A stretch of 62,337 bases of DNA, the filler included. It is 9 parts of 9 records of this genome, joined end to end, with 100 filler letters (N's around TTAATTAATTAA, not from the genome) between each part and the next. Parts side by side here need not be neighbours in the genome. Positions count along the whole stretch, not along the records: positions 1 to 8,095 come from SRR31147125_17965; positions 8,196 to 13,420 come from SRR31147125_17972; 7 more parts are not named here. The stretch is one strand, 5' to 3'. Shown in pieces: positions 1 to 11,341 of the stretch (position 1 is the stretch's first letter; every line of letters starts with the position of its first letter). The position numbers and the translations under genes were made by a program. The notes under the pieces were generated by a model. The model saw only the letters and a program-made list of their open reading frames with translations, searched no databases and was not told the DNA's origin.

Positions 1-72
1 AACCGATAAGCGTGAGGTTTTTCATATAAAAAATCGTCTGTACGATTATAGCTGTTTTTGGGATGAATTGAA

Positions 73-618
73 TTGGATACCATGTTTGCCCGATTTTCTC
101 CAAGGGAAAGAAAGATGATTTTAACAGCCGCGGCAGTGGTGGGGATTGCTTTGTTGCTTCAAGTGATCGTTTTGCCCGTTTTAGACCGGCGCAGGGCGGT
201 GATTCGACAGATTGAGGTAATGCAAAAAGATCGAAATGAGATGATCTCATTGGCAAAAGAGTACCGGGGTATCCGACAGAAGGGGATGACCGTGCCGTTG
301 CCGAATCCAAATAGAGATCCCTCATTTACGCTCTTTTCCTTTATCGATCAATTGGCACGGCGCGTCGGTGTAAAGGAAAATGTGGTTTACATGAAACCCT
401 CGACAAAAAAGGGGGGCAATGGTTCCGGACGTTCCGCTATTCAAATCTCAATTGTGAAGATCAAATTGGAGTATTTACCCATGGAAAAGTTTGTCGATTT
501 TCTCCATGGGATTGAGATGTCCGGTAAAGGGGTTCATATCAACAAATTGTCCTTGACGACTTCCGGTACGGAAAGGACCCTGACGGCAATTGTTGAGACG
601 CAGACCGTGGTAAATTGA
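73..618 (+). CDS. gspM: Type II secretion system protein GspM
   Basis: N-terminal FSPRERKMIL followed by one TM helix and a coiled region, then a C-terminal ferredoxin-like domain; first gene of an M-N-C-D cluster. Confidence 0.8.
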   Translation: MDTMFARFSPRERKMILTAAAVVGIALLLQVIVLPVLDRRRAVIRQIEVMQKDRNEMISLAKEYRGIRQKGMTVPLPNPNRDPSFTLFSFIDQLARRVGVKENVVYMKPSTKKGGNGSGRSAIQISIVKIKLEYLPMEKFVDFLHGIEMSGKGVHINKLSLTTSGTERTLTAIVETQTVVN

Positions 619-704
619 AGTGGCCAAGGGGCCAAATCAGCCAAGGGGCATGATTTATTGAATGCGGGGTTCCCGCGTCAGTTGGGAAGTGTAAGAGTTC
701 ATAG

Positions 705-1835
705 ATGGGATTCAGATCCATTTTTTTATACCTGCTCTATGCAGTTTTTGTTTTTGTCTTTTTTCTGGTGATTTTATTTCCCGGTGACAGAGTCGCCCAA
801 TCTCTCTCAGAGACGATCAATGCCCGGTATGCCCATCAGCCGGTGACCATTGACGACATGGTACTGTTATATCCACGTCCCGGTGTCGGTCTTTCATCCA
901 TACATATCATCCCATCGCCCCCTTCTCCAGAGGCAAAGCTTACAACGGTTCATTCCCAATCGAAATTTTTACCCAACAGAGCGGGATCGGAAGATCCGTT
1001 TCGATCCATTGAGATCGAGGCATTTGATGTTTTTCCCAGGATTGTGACATTTTTGGGTGAAAAAAAAACGGTTGATTTCAATGCATCGCTCTATAATGGA
1101 ACTGCATCGGGGGTTATTTCGGTAGTTGATTCGGATTTGTTTGAATTTTCCGAAAAAAAGCCCCCGGAAGAGGTGGTGATGGATGTGGGACTTTCAGATA
1201 TCGCGGTAAATGCATTGCCTTTGAAAGCCCAGGGTGTTGATATTGTCATTTCATGTGTCATAGATGGAGATATTAAATATAATTTAAAAACAAATACTCC
1301 AAATGCTGCAAATACCAAAAATGCAAATATAAATATGGAAAGCAAAGGAGAAACGCCGGATCAGGGGGGCGCTCGAATGGAAAGGGCGGATCAGTCGGAA
1401 CAATCAAACAGTACGCGTTCGCCAAGTCGAAAACGTAGTACAAGCGATCATGTCAAAGATGAGAATGGTATTGCAGATCTGACATTTTCAGACTGTTTAT
1501 TTCGGTCAAACGATCCGTTCTTAAAGCAGATGGGACTGACTGGATTGGAATTCACCCGAATCGATACCATCCTTGAGATGAACAACGGAGCGGTTGATGT
1601 CAGTCTGTTCGAGGCAATGGGATCTGAGATGAATGTTTCTGCAAAAGGAACCGTTCATTTAAAAACGCCGGTTGAGAAAAGTATATTGCGCCTGGAAGGG
1701 GAATTGATGCCGAATGCCTCAAAACTATCCTCTCTATCTGCCTTTGCAGCGGTTTCCCTGATTTTTGGAGAGACCGGTAAAGGGATTCCGTTTAAAATTG
1801 TCGGCACGTTAGAACGTCCTGAATTTAAATTGTAA
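705..1835 (+). CDS. gspN: Type II secretion system protein GspN (deltaproteobacterial type)
   Basis: N-terminal TM ending LFPGD, motif FNASLYNGTASG, C-terminus IPFKIVGTLERP; lies between gspM and gspC; low-complexity internal insertions. Confidence 0.75.
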   Translation: MGFRSIFLYLLYAVFVFVFFLVILFPGDRVAQSLSETINARYAHQPVTIDDMVLLYPRPGVGLSSIHIIPSPPSPEAKLTTVHSQSKFLPNRAGSEDPFRSIEIEAFDVFPRIVTFLGEKKTVDFNASLYNGTASGVISVVDSDLFEFSEKKPPEEVVMDVGLSDIAVNALPLKAQGVDIVISCVIDGDIKYNLKTNTPNAANTKNANINMESKGETPDQGGARMERADQSEQSNSTRSPSRKRSTSDHVKDENGIADLTFSDCLFRSNDPFLKQMGLTGLEFTRIDTILEMNNGAVDVSLFEAMGSEMNVSAKGTVHLKTPVEKSILRLEGELMPNASKLSSLSAFAAVSLIFGETGKGIPFKIVGTLERPEFKL

Positions 1836-1856
1836 TCAATTGGAATGGATTTTTAA

Positions 1857-2840
1857 GTGAAGGCTTTTTGGACCCTATTGAATCTGCTCTGCCTGACTGC
1901 GACCATCTATTTTGCGGTGGAGGCACTATATCAACCATTTGGCCCACTGGGTGTGCCTCAGACTGCTTATAAAGACGGTATGACGTCACAATCGGATGCC
2001 GGCTCTTTCAAGGGCGCTGATGGGCAGAACCACCATAGCCGGTCAGGCGGTCAATTGCCCGGGGAAGGGAATCGCAAAGACAAGAGACGCTCGTCTTTTC
2101 CTTTGGCTCATTATAAAATCATCACGGAACGAAACATTTTCAAAGCCGCCATCGGTGATGTCTCAAAAAAAAACAATGGGCCGGAAGAAAAAGAAGCGTC
2201 TTTTTCCGATGCTGTGATCGCCTCCCTTGAGAAGACGGATCTCAATGTAAAATTGTGGGGGACCGTCAAAGGATGGGACACGGAAAATTATGCTGTCATT
2301 GAAGATGGAAAAACAAAAGTTCAGGGACTTTACAAACAGGGGGATACGATCGAGGGGACGCAAGCGGTCATCCGGAAAGTGCTTCGAATGAGTGTGGTGC
2401 TCAATCATAATGGAAAAGATCAAGTCTTGGAAATGGCTGAGGAGGCTGTTGCCGGACGTAATAACGGGTCCGCGTCTCCCCGACCCGATAAGAAAGGCAC
2501 TTCACGCGCAGGGGAGGATCGGGTGGAGATGACCATTCAGAGATCCTTGATCGATGAATCCATGAGTGATATCAACACACTGATGAAGCAGGCCCGGGTG
2601 CGGCCTCATTTTACCGGAGGAAAGGCGGACGGCTTGCTGCTGTATGGTCTGAAACAGAGTTCCATTTTCAAGAAAATGGGCATCCGGAACGGGGACATCA
2701 TCATGGGGGTCGATGGGAAAGATATTCGATCGGTGGAGGATGCCATTTCTCTTTACGATTCGTTGAAAAATGCTTCGGAAGCTAACATTGAGATCAAAAG
2801 ACGCGGAAAAACAAAGGAGTTTATCTATCATGTGGAGTAG
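1857..2840 (+). CDS. gspC: Type II secretion system protein GspC with C-terminal PDZ domain
   Basis: TM anchor, IITERNIF, HR domain (LWGTV...YAVIED...GLYKQGD), PDZ (SIFKKMGIRNGDIIMGVDG). Confidence 0.9.
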   Translation: MKAFWTLLNLLCLTATIYFAVEALYQPFGPLGVPQTAYKDGMTSQSDAGSFKGADGQNHHSRSGGQLPGEGNRKDKRRSSFPLAHYKIITERNIFKAAIGDVSKKNNGPEEKEASFSDAVIASLEKTDLNVKLWGTVKGWDTENYAVIEDGKTKVQGLYKQGDTIEGTQAVIRKVLRMSVVLNHNGKDQVLEMAEEAVAGRNNGSASPRPDKKGTSRAGEDRVEMTIQRSLIDESMSDINTLMKQARVRPHFTGGKADGLLLYGLKQSSIFKKMGIRNGDIIMGVDGKDIRSVEDAISLYDSLKNASEANIEIKRRGKTKEFIYHVE

Positions 2841-5159
2841 GCTTTGGGAGGGCGGAAAGCGGACATTGATCGTATCGGCACTGGTTTCGTTGATGATATT
2901 TCCATTTTCATTTTCTGAAATTAAAAAGGGGATGAAAAAAAATGAGACCGTGGGAGCGGATGGGATGGCGAGGCGAGTTTTACCGCAATTTGACATTCAA
3001 TTGGGAATGGAAGATGCCATATTCCCCAGTGCCGAAGCCGTTGAGTATAAAAGAAGCAGAAAGCGATTGACCAAATGGAGTGATGAGGTTGGAGATTCAC
3101 ATATAGTTAAGAATCCGATTCCGGTTGCTGGGAAAGTAAGTACCAAAGAAAGCACCTATTCCGGAAAAAGATCTACAACTAACAGATCCAATGATCTCAG
3201 TACCTCAAATGGTTCAGATACTGCCATTGACGTCGACGATACTTCAGACGCCCATTCCTTTTCTTCAGAATTTTCCTCATCGTCCCTAAGCCCATCAAAC
3301 GGGAATAGCAAAGATCAGTTTGTCTCCATCGATTTCAACAATGTAGATATCAACGTTTTTATCAAGTTTATCAGTGAATTGACCCACACCAATTTTGTTG
3401 TGGATAATCGAGTTAAAGGCAATGTGACGGTGGTTTCCCCGTCTAAAATCTCAGTAAAAGAGGCATATCGGGTATTTGAGTCCGTTTTGAACATTCATGG
3501 GTTTTCGGCCGTCATTTCCGGTGATATTACTAAAATCATGCCCACGGCCGAAGCCCGCTCGCAGAATCTCGATACCCGTCTGTTCAGCTCAAAAGAGCGA
3601 GGCGGAGACAGTATGGTGACCCGAATCATCCCGCTTAAATATGCCGATGCGGATGAGCTGAAACGCATCTTCACGCCTCTTATTTCCAAAGGAAGTGTGA
3701 TTTTATCATATCCCGACACCAACATGCTCATTGTGACGGATACCCACTCCAATATCGATCGACTGTTGAAAATCATCGGTACGGTGGATATTATGGGGAT
3801 AGGGAAAAAAATTTCCGTCATTCCTGTCGAACATGCCGATGTCTCTAAACTGGTTCAGAATCTTTCCTCCATTTTTACAGCTCGAAGTCGCGGAGAGAAG
3901 GGGAGGGAAGATTCCGATCTGATGGTGAAGTTTGTCGCAGATGAGCGAACCAATTCAGCGGTGGTTCTTGCCAGTGAAACTGAGACGGAGCGGGTCTCCC
4001 ACTTGATCAGTCTGCTGGATCAAAAAGTTCCCAAGGGTGAAGAAAAAGTCCGGGTTTACTATCTTGAGCATGCCTCTGCAGAGAACCTGGTTAAAGTCCT
4101 TCAGGAAATTCCATCCAGTGGAAAGAGCAGCGACCAGACCAATAAAGGAAAGAAGCTGGCGCCCATTGTCTCCAAATCGGTAAAGATCACCGCAGATAAA
4201 GCCACCAACAGCATCATCATCATGGCGGACAAAGAAGATTACCCGGTCCTTGAAGAGGTGATTGCCAAGTTGGATATCCCAAGAGCGATGGTCTACATTG
4301 AGTGTCTGTTTATGGAAGTCAACGTCAACAGCGGGATCAATATCGGTACGGAATGGCGTGTTGGAGAGAGCTTTGACTCGGATCAATACGGAAACGACCA
4401 AGGGGTTTATTTCGGAGGCTTTGGTGGAAACGATTATGCTAATTTTACATCCGCCGCTGCCGGGAGTTTACCCGATGGATTTTCAGTGGGGGTTGTGGGC
4501 GAGACGTTAAATATCGGGGGGTGGTTTTCCCATCCATTGGCGCTGTGGTGCAGGCATATCAAAACAATGACAATGTCCATATTCTCTCCACTCCGCAAAT
4601 TCTCACCACGGACAATGAAGAGGCAACCCTTACCATTGGAAGGAACATTCCATATCAGACCCGGTCCGCTGCTGATAATGCCACGGATATCTATAGTTCT
4701 TATGAGTACAAAGACGTAGGAATTACATTTAAAATTACGCCGCAAATCAGTAAAGATCGTCTGGTTCGGCTTAATGTGTACCAGGAAATCACAACCCTTG
4801 ATTCCGTGAATCAAAGTGAAAATGCGGAACGCCCAACGACCTTGAAGCGTGAAATACAAACAACACTCATTGTAAAGGATCAACATACGGTGGTGATCGG
4901 TGGGTTGATTGATGAGACCCTTTCAAAAAACGAGCACAGTGTACCTTGTCTCGGGGATTTACCGGGAGTCGGATATCTCTTTAAAACCATGTCAAATGGT
5001 GAAGAGCGAGGCAATCTCTATATGTTTTTGACGCCGAAAGTTGTGAAAAACCCCCTTGAAGCGGAACGGATTTATAAGGAAAAGAGTGATGAGATTCACT
5101 TATTTAAGGAGGAAGTATTAAACTTTATGATGAAAATTGACGAACAAATGAGTGAATAA
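2830..5159 (+). CDS. gspD: Type II secretion system secretin GspD (one apparent frameshift at the G6 run 4516-4521)
   Basis: N0 motif VSIDFNNVDINVFIK, N1-N3 repeats and LDIPRAMVYIE in ORF 2770-4719; secretin core (ILSTPQILTTDNEEA, VPCLGDLPGVGYLFK) continues in ORF 4521-5159; start approximate. Confidence 0.9.
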
Positions 5160-5220
5160 AAGCATGATAAGTTGCATAGATCTCAAATGGTAAGTCTAGC
5201 CATTGAAAGGATGTGATATT

Positions 5221-6551
5221 ATGAAGAAATATAAAATATCCCAAAAGGGAAGCCTGCTGTTTGCCATCCTGATGCTGATGATTCCCATTGGCAGTGCCAC
5301 CGTCGCATTTTCAGGTACGACGTGTGTCTCCCCTTATGCAATTGAGCCGTTGGCAGAAGATATTTACATGTTGGAGCTGATCAATCGTGCCAGAGCCAAT
5401 CCCGATGCTGAAGCGCTTCGATATAATATTGATTTGAATGAAGGCGTTCCTTCAAGCAAAACAATAACAAATGAGGCAAAACAACCTCTTGCATTCAACA
5501 TAAAGCTGTATCAGGCAGCCCTACAACATTCTACGCATATGCTTGAGAATAATTACTTTGACCACGATACAAATTCCGACCCAAAGCAGGGAACCCCTCA
5601 GACCAGAGCCATCGAAAACGGATATGATTATTTATCAAATGAAAATCTCGCTATACATTTCTATAGTGGTCCTTTGGAGATCAATCAGGAAATGGCGGAT
5701 AATCATCATGAGGGGTTATTCGTTGATGAGAAAATTCAAGGGAGAGGTCATCGCGTTAACATGCTCATCACATCTAATGTGGAAGCTGGAATTGCATTTG
5801 ATCATGGAGAAAATTTTTTTTATAACTCAACAAACTGGGCCAGTGCGGTTGTAAGCACTACTGATTTTGGAAGGGGGAGCACCCCTCTTTTATTTGTGGG
5901 GTCATCTATGATGATAAAAACAGCAATGAATTTTACGATGTGGGAGAAGGGCTTCCCTATGCCACGATTTCCATTCTTGAAACCGGAGAGAGTGTTCAGG
6001 GATATTCAGCAGGTGCATACAGTCTTCCCACAAGCTCCCAAGGAACATTCACTGTGGAAGCGCAACTGTGCGAGAGCGGTGCACGAGCCGAGAAAATCGT
6101 TACAATGGGGAGTGACAATGTGAAGGTTGATTTTCTATGGTCTGATTTTGAGGATAGATGCGCTTCTCTGATCCCTAATGAGCATGTTTTCCCTCAAACA
6201 GAAAAAGAGTTGGAAGAGAGTCCTGTTCAAATTGAAGTACCGACAATGTTTTTCATTGAAACTAATGACCTCGAAATAACTGTAGACTTCCCATGCTTTG
6301 AGTCAGCTGTCGATATCTATCTGGCGTTTTTTACGATTAATCAACAATTCATATTCGTTCAAGGGGATGGATCTTTGACGACGGAATGGCTCCCGATTGT
6401 CATCAACGCCACAAACAAATATCAATCAACAGTTGTCTTTGATGATGCGTTGATTAATAATTTAGGCGTTTGTTGGCTAATTGTTCCTACAAACGATTTA
6501 ATGAGTGAAAATTTTCAGCTGGGCTACGTGGATGCAACAAGATTGTGGTAA
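5221..6551 (+). CDS. Secreted CAP/SCP-domain protein with C-terminal Ig-like/SdrD-B-like region (frameshift near 5875)
   Basis: Signal peptide, MLELINRARANP, HSTHMLENNYFDH, ENLA, GHRVNML; continues as GVIYDDKNSNEFYDVGEG into ORF 5940-6551. Confidence 0.75.
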
Positions 6552-6555
6552 AACT

Positions 6556-6807
6556 TCATGGAGTGGTGATCCCTACCAGTTCAAGATCACCCCATGCGCC
6601 CAATTTATCTTCCTTTATGATTAATAACCCTTCCACGTCTTCAATCTGTCGGCCGATTGAAATCGTCTTTACTGTTTGAACGGTATTGGCAAGGGCAGTT
6701 GCTGCAGCATCCGCAAGGGCCCATGACGGCGAAATGATCGTGGCGGCATCGGCCTTCCCAAAACTTTTGGAATGCCCAATGGTTCCGGATGAGGTGCATA
6801 ATCCCAT
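6556..6807 (-). pseudogene. 3' fragment of a UPF0280/ApbE-superfamily gene
   Basis: [21 protein letters not shown]...[10 protein letters not shown] motif; the N-terminal part is missing and AT-rich DNA lies upstream. Confidence 0.75.
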
Positions 6808-6866
6808 GTGACGATGAGTTTTTCGATCTTGTAATAATTGATATGAAATTTAAAAGGGTAATATAA

Positions 6867-7591
6867 GTGAAGTTATTTGATTTTAAAACTAGCTATAAGA
6901 AGCATATTCAAAAATTACTTAATAACCATAACAAGAAAGATGCTGTGGAGATTGCTGTTGGCGGTAATTATGAATCTGTTGGCAGACTTGAGAAGTATTT
7001 AGTAGTTCAAAAGGGCTTGCAGGATAATCATCGAATTATTGATATAGGTTGTGGAAGTGGACGGCTTGCATTTCAACTTCATAAGTCCTTTGGCGGACAA
7101 TATATTGGTATTGATATTGTTGATGAGCTGTATGAGTATGCTAAAAAAAATGTAATAGGGCGGATTGGAAATTTTACAAGGCTCCTGGCCTGTCGATACC
7201 CGAGCCTGATGATATTGCCGATTTTGTATGTTTTTTTTCAGTTTTCACACATCTTCTTCATGAAGAATCATATATGTATCTAAAAGAAGCAAAGAGGGTC
7301 TTAAAGTCAGACGGGAAAATAATTTTTTCTTTTTTGGATTTCAAGATGTCATCTCACTGGCAAATATTTGAACAGTCGTTGCAGGACACAAGACCTGAGA
7401 AGATACTAACTCAGTTTATAAGCAGAGATGCTATCGAAGCCTGGGCAAAAAATTTAAACTTGAAAGTTGAAAATATCTACGATAGCGACAAATTATATAT
7501 AAAACTGAAAAAACCAGTCAAATGGGATGATGGGCGAGAAATGAAAGGAATGGGGTCTTTGGGACAATCTGTATGTGTGCTGACGAAATAA
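6867..7591 (+). CDS. Class I SAM-dependent methyltransferase (frameshift in the A8 run near 7143-7150)
   Basis: IIDIGCGSGRLA motif I; later FSVFTHL and YLKEAKRVLKSDGKIIFSF in the shifted frame. Confidence 0.85.
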
Positions 7592-8095
7592 TAGTAATAA
7601 TGGATTTGATAAGAATGCATCCAACTTTGCATTCAATAGTATTAAAAGCCGGTATGTTACCAATTGTAATTTGGCGGAATCCCATAACAGATTCCACCAA
7701 GTTCATGCCCCTATACTCAAGTTGCTAAAAAAAACGAAAATGTTGTAATTCATTCGTTTTGTCGCAAATAAAACTATCCGTTATTACAACAAAATTTTTT
7801 TGGTTCCTTGAACAATCATTTTATTCAAGTTGTTGAATTGTTTAAATTCAATATGGCATAGTACCATAATTCTCATGTGGTTTTAAGAAAGCTTTCAAAA
7901 AGAATGGATTAATCACATTGAGTTTTTGGGTATCCATCGGGTTTGTTGTCTTATTGTTTAGATCTGAGTACTAACGACATACGTATTCTAAATAAAAAAG
8001 CATCTGCCTTAAGGGAACTCATAACAAATAACTTACCTACACCCAGAGAAGCGCCCTTGATAATGGCGGGTAAGTTATTTTTTAGTGAACGCCTA

Positions 8096-8195
8096 NNNNN
8101 NNNNNNNNNNNNNNNNNNNNNNNNNNNNNNNNNNNNNNNTTAATTAATTAANNNNNNNNNNNNNNNNNNNNNNNNNNNNNNNNNNNNNNNNNNNN
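8096..8195. other. Artificial contig spacer N44-TTAATTAATTAA-N44
   Basis: 100-bp spacer with stops in all six frames, identical at eight positions. Confidence 0.99.
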
Positions 8196-8563
8196 TGTCC
8201 GGCGGTGCGGATGCTGTAACCGGGATCGCCGGGAGGCGTCCGCAGGGCGCCCTCGCCGGCCACGACGGCATAGCCGTAGGTGCGGGCCGGGACAAGGCCG
8301 GTGACGCGGATGAAATGCTTCCGGCGGGAGGTTTGGGAGGCAAAGGTCGTGACCGCATCGCCGTCGGACACCTGGACCGTGGCCGGCATGGGGGCCGGCA
8401 AGGCAAATGCCACGGTGGCCCCATCGGTGGTGACATCCAAAAGGTAGGGCGAGATGGAAAACGACGCGCTACGGGCCGGTGCGGGCCAAGCGGCACCGGC
8501 AATGGCCAGAACAATGGCCAACAGGCGGATAAGGTTGACTTTTCCCGGGGCTGGCTTGGTCAT
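8196..8563 (-). CDS. Secreted purple-acid-phosphatase/metallophosphoesterase-like protein, N-terminal FN3-like domain (3'-truncated by contig end)
   Basis: Signal peptide, PYLLDVTTDGATV, HFIRVTGLVPARTYGYAV, YSIRTA; ATGA overlap with the upstream gene. Confidence 0.7.
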
Positions 8564-9081
8564 GCGTCAATCTCCGCTTCCAGGAGTACCGCCAGTTTCT
8601 GTTCCAGGTTTTTTAGCAGGGCGGGGCTGAATCCGTATTGCACCGCATGGACTCGGCCATCGGCAGCAATGAGGACCGTGGCCGGGCGCCCCCGCAACCC
8701 GTAGCGCTGTTTTACCGCGGCGTTGTGGTCCAGCAGTACGGGCAGTTCAAGTTTCAAATCGCCGACGATGCGGCGCACATCGGTGATATTCTCCGGATCC
8801 GTGCAAACGGTTGCCATGGTCAGGCGCTTGGCGTCAATCCGGCGCGCAAGGGGCGTTAAGGCGCCGAGTTCCTTGATGCATTGGGGACAGTCCGTGGACC
8901 AGAAAACCAGCATTACCACCTGCCCCCGGTATTGGTTGAGATAAAAGCGTTCATGGTCGAGCGAATCAAGCCGGATGTCATGGATATCCCGGCCATTGTC
9001 ATCCTTATCGGTTCCACAGGCGGCGATCAGGACGCTTGCCAGGCTGAGCAACAGGCAGAACGAACAGGCACGGGAGGTCAT
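8560..9081 (-). CDS. TlpA/ResA-family thioredoxin-like lipoprotein
   Basis: Lipobox LIAAC, motif VFWSTDCPQC, GRPATVLI cis-Pro loop. Confidence 0.9.
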   Translation of the reverse strand: MTSRACSFCLLLSLASVLIAACGTDKDDNGRDIHDIRLDSLDHERFYLNQYRGQVVMLVFWSTDCPQCIKELGALTPLARRIDAKRLTMATVCTDPENITDVRRIVGDLKLELPVLLDHNAAVKQRYGLRGRPATVLIAADGRVHAVQYGFSPALLKNLEQKLAVLLEAEIDA

Positions 9082-9272
9082 CGATCCGATTCCGCATCGG
9101 CTTCCCGCACCCGGCGGTCGAAAAAGGCCAGGGTGTTCATCAAAATCACGGCGATGGTACCGGACGCGGCGGCAAAAGCGAGGAACGCGGGGATTTCGCT
9201 GCCTACGGAGCTCGAGTTGGGATTAAAGCCGGCCTTGACTTTCAGAATGCGGCCTTGGGGCGGATCGGGCAT
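9078..9272 (-). CDS. Small (64 aa) single-pass membrane protein with a GFNPNSSS motif
   Basis: AGGAG Shine-Dalgarno just after the upstream stop; ATGA overlap with the TlpA gene; hydrophobic stretch IPAFLAFAAASGTIAVILM. Confidence 0.7.
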   Translation of the reverse strand: MPDPPQGRILKVKAGFNPNSSSVGSEIPAFLAFAAASGTIAVILMNTLAFFDRRVREADAESDR

Positions 9273-9282
9273 GGGGGCTCCT

Positions 9283-11341
9283 TCACAGGTAAACGGTGAT
9301 CAGATAGTGTTCATTGATCAGGTAGAGGGTCAGGTACATCCCGGCCATGAACAGGATGATGCCGGCCAGGCTGCCGGCCAGACGCCGGGTTTTGCTCCGG
9401 AGGCGGCTTGTCCCCCGTTGCACCGATGCCATCCACAGTTTTTGGGTGAGCAGGCCGGCAATCAACCCGGCACATGCCGCAGCCGCGGAAAACCCCAGTG
9501 CCATCATCACCATCTTCGCCGTGGACAGGAACTGCTCGCGAATCAACCAGGCACCCGAGAAAATCACGGCACTCAACAGGCTGAAAACGGCAAGGGCCGC
9601 AACCGCCTGCCGGATCTGAATACCCATGGGGCGAAGCAGGGCGCCGATTGCCAACGCACCGGTGAGCAATGCGCCGGCTGCCCATGCCAGGGCCTGGCGG
9701 CGCATATTGCGGTTGCAGCGGCGGATCTGGGCCTCGATCACCTCCTTGAGGTCGGGAAGTTCGCCCATGGCCAGGCGGTAGGTGTCCCTGGCCAGGCGGA
9801 ATTGGCGGGCCGCATAGAGTGTGTCGGCGATTTGCAGGTTGGTTTCCCGGGCTTCGATGGATGCCGGATAATCGGAACGCAATCGCCTGAAGGCCTGGAT
9901 GGCCCGTTGCGGATCATTGCCGCGCAGTTGAGTCGCCAGCCAGAGACGCATGACCGGTGCCAGGCGCACCTGGGGATAGGTGGCGATCAGCGTCTCCACA
10001 GTGTCCAGGACCTGTCGGCGCCGCTCCGGATCATCCTTGTGGCGGGCGAAATCGATCTTGCGAATCCGTTCAAAGGCCGCCAGGGGGGCGTAGTCGGCCT
10101 CGCTGAAGGTCTCGATATAGCCGATGCGCTGCCGGGCCAGCGGGGTGAGGGTTCCCTGGGGGTACTCATCGAGCAGGCGCCGATACCAGGTCAGGGCGTC
10201 GTCGAAACGGAACAGCTTTTCATCGAGGATTTCGGCCACGGCGTAATAGGCATCGTCAATCTGGAAATGTCCGGCGTTGTTCGCGATGAATGCCTCATAG
10301 GCCTCGATGGCGGCCTCGTAGGTGCCGCGATCGGCCAGGCGGCGGCACTCTTCACAGGTGATGCGGCTCTTCAGGGGCGGGCGTTTCAGGGCCACATGGC
10401 GATTGCTGCCCAGGAAGACGGCCGTTGCCGATCCCACGTCGATATCCATGCGCACGGCACCATCGGGTGTGTCCGACGGCAATGCGCAGTAGACGATGCC
10501 GTCGATCTCCTGGTGCCACCCGGTTGGCGAAGGAAAGAGCACAAAGGCAGGCCCGGTCTTTTTCTCCATGGCGGTCAACCGTTTGTGAAACCGGCCGCGT
10601 TTAATGACCTTGGCATCCGGGGGGGACTGGGTGGCAGGACCCTGCACCGGGCATGCTGCCAGCACCATGCCCCGGGTGTGGGCGTCACCGGCCGGCAGGC
10701 CCTGGGACATTTGCTCCGGGTTGGGGTAGACGTCCATGGCCAAACCGCCCCAGTTGAGCCGCCAGGCATTGGGCGCGGATGCGGGCGGTGCACCGGGATC
10801 GCCGGAATGCCCCGCGCCGTTGATGCCAAAAACCGGCTGAAAGGCCCGCACCGCTGCAAAGCGGTCGGTCGACTCGCCAGGGGCAAGGGGGTGATATCGA
10901 ATATGAAATCGGGCATTTCATTCATCACCAGGGCGGCAATCTCGGCAGCGTCCTGACCCGTGGTGATAATAAACGAGAACGGTGCGTTGGCGTTGGGCCC
11001 GGTCTGGAACTGGAACCGATGCTCCGGGGAATCGATCCAATACGTATAGCGGGTGCCGGGTTGAAGACCGCTGAGGGTCACCCGGTGTTTATAGGAACGG
11101 GCCAGTTCCTCGACCGCAACCATCGCGTCGCTGTCACTGCCAGTCGGGCGGTAAAAAACACGGCCTTGGCCGGCCTCGGTAGTGGGCCAGGCAATGACGG
11201 CCTCCGCCCGGCTGACTCGCATAAGATGGGGGGCAACGGGGGGGCGGTGGTCTGTTTGAAGATTGGCCAGCGTGTCCAGGCAAGGCTGATGATCAGAACA
11301 ATGACCGCCATGGTCAGGATTGTAAGTGCAAGCGGGCGCAT
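9283..11341 (-). CDS. Membrane protein with N-terminal anchor, PAP-type FN3 domain, degenerate phosphoesterase-like region, TPR repeats and about 4 C-terminal TM helices (frameshifts near 11225 and 10860)
   Basis: Three overlapping ORFs join: MRPLALTILTMAVIVLII / HRVTLSGLQPGTRYTYW...FQTGPNANAPFSF / TPR-like repeats (YEAAIEAYEAFI, FDDALTWYRRLLDEYP) plus hydrophobic tail. Confidence 0.65.

Noticed and set aside
8881-10956. 691-aa plus-strand ORF
   Set aside because: Antisense shadow of GC-rich minus-strand genes with recognisable domains; no motifs of its own
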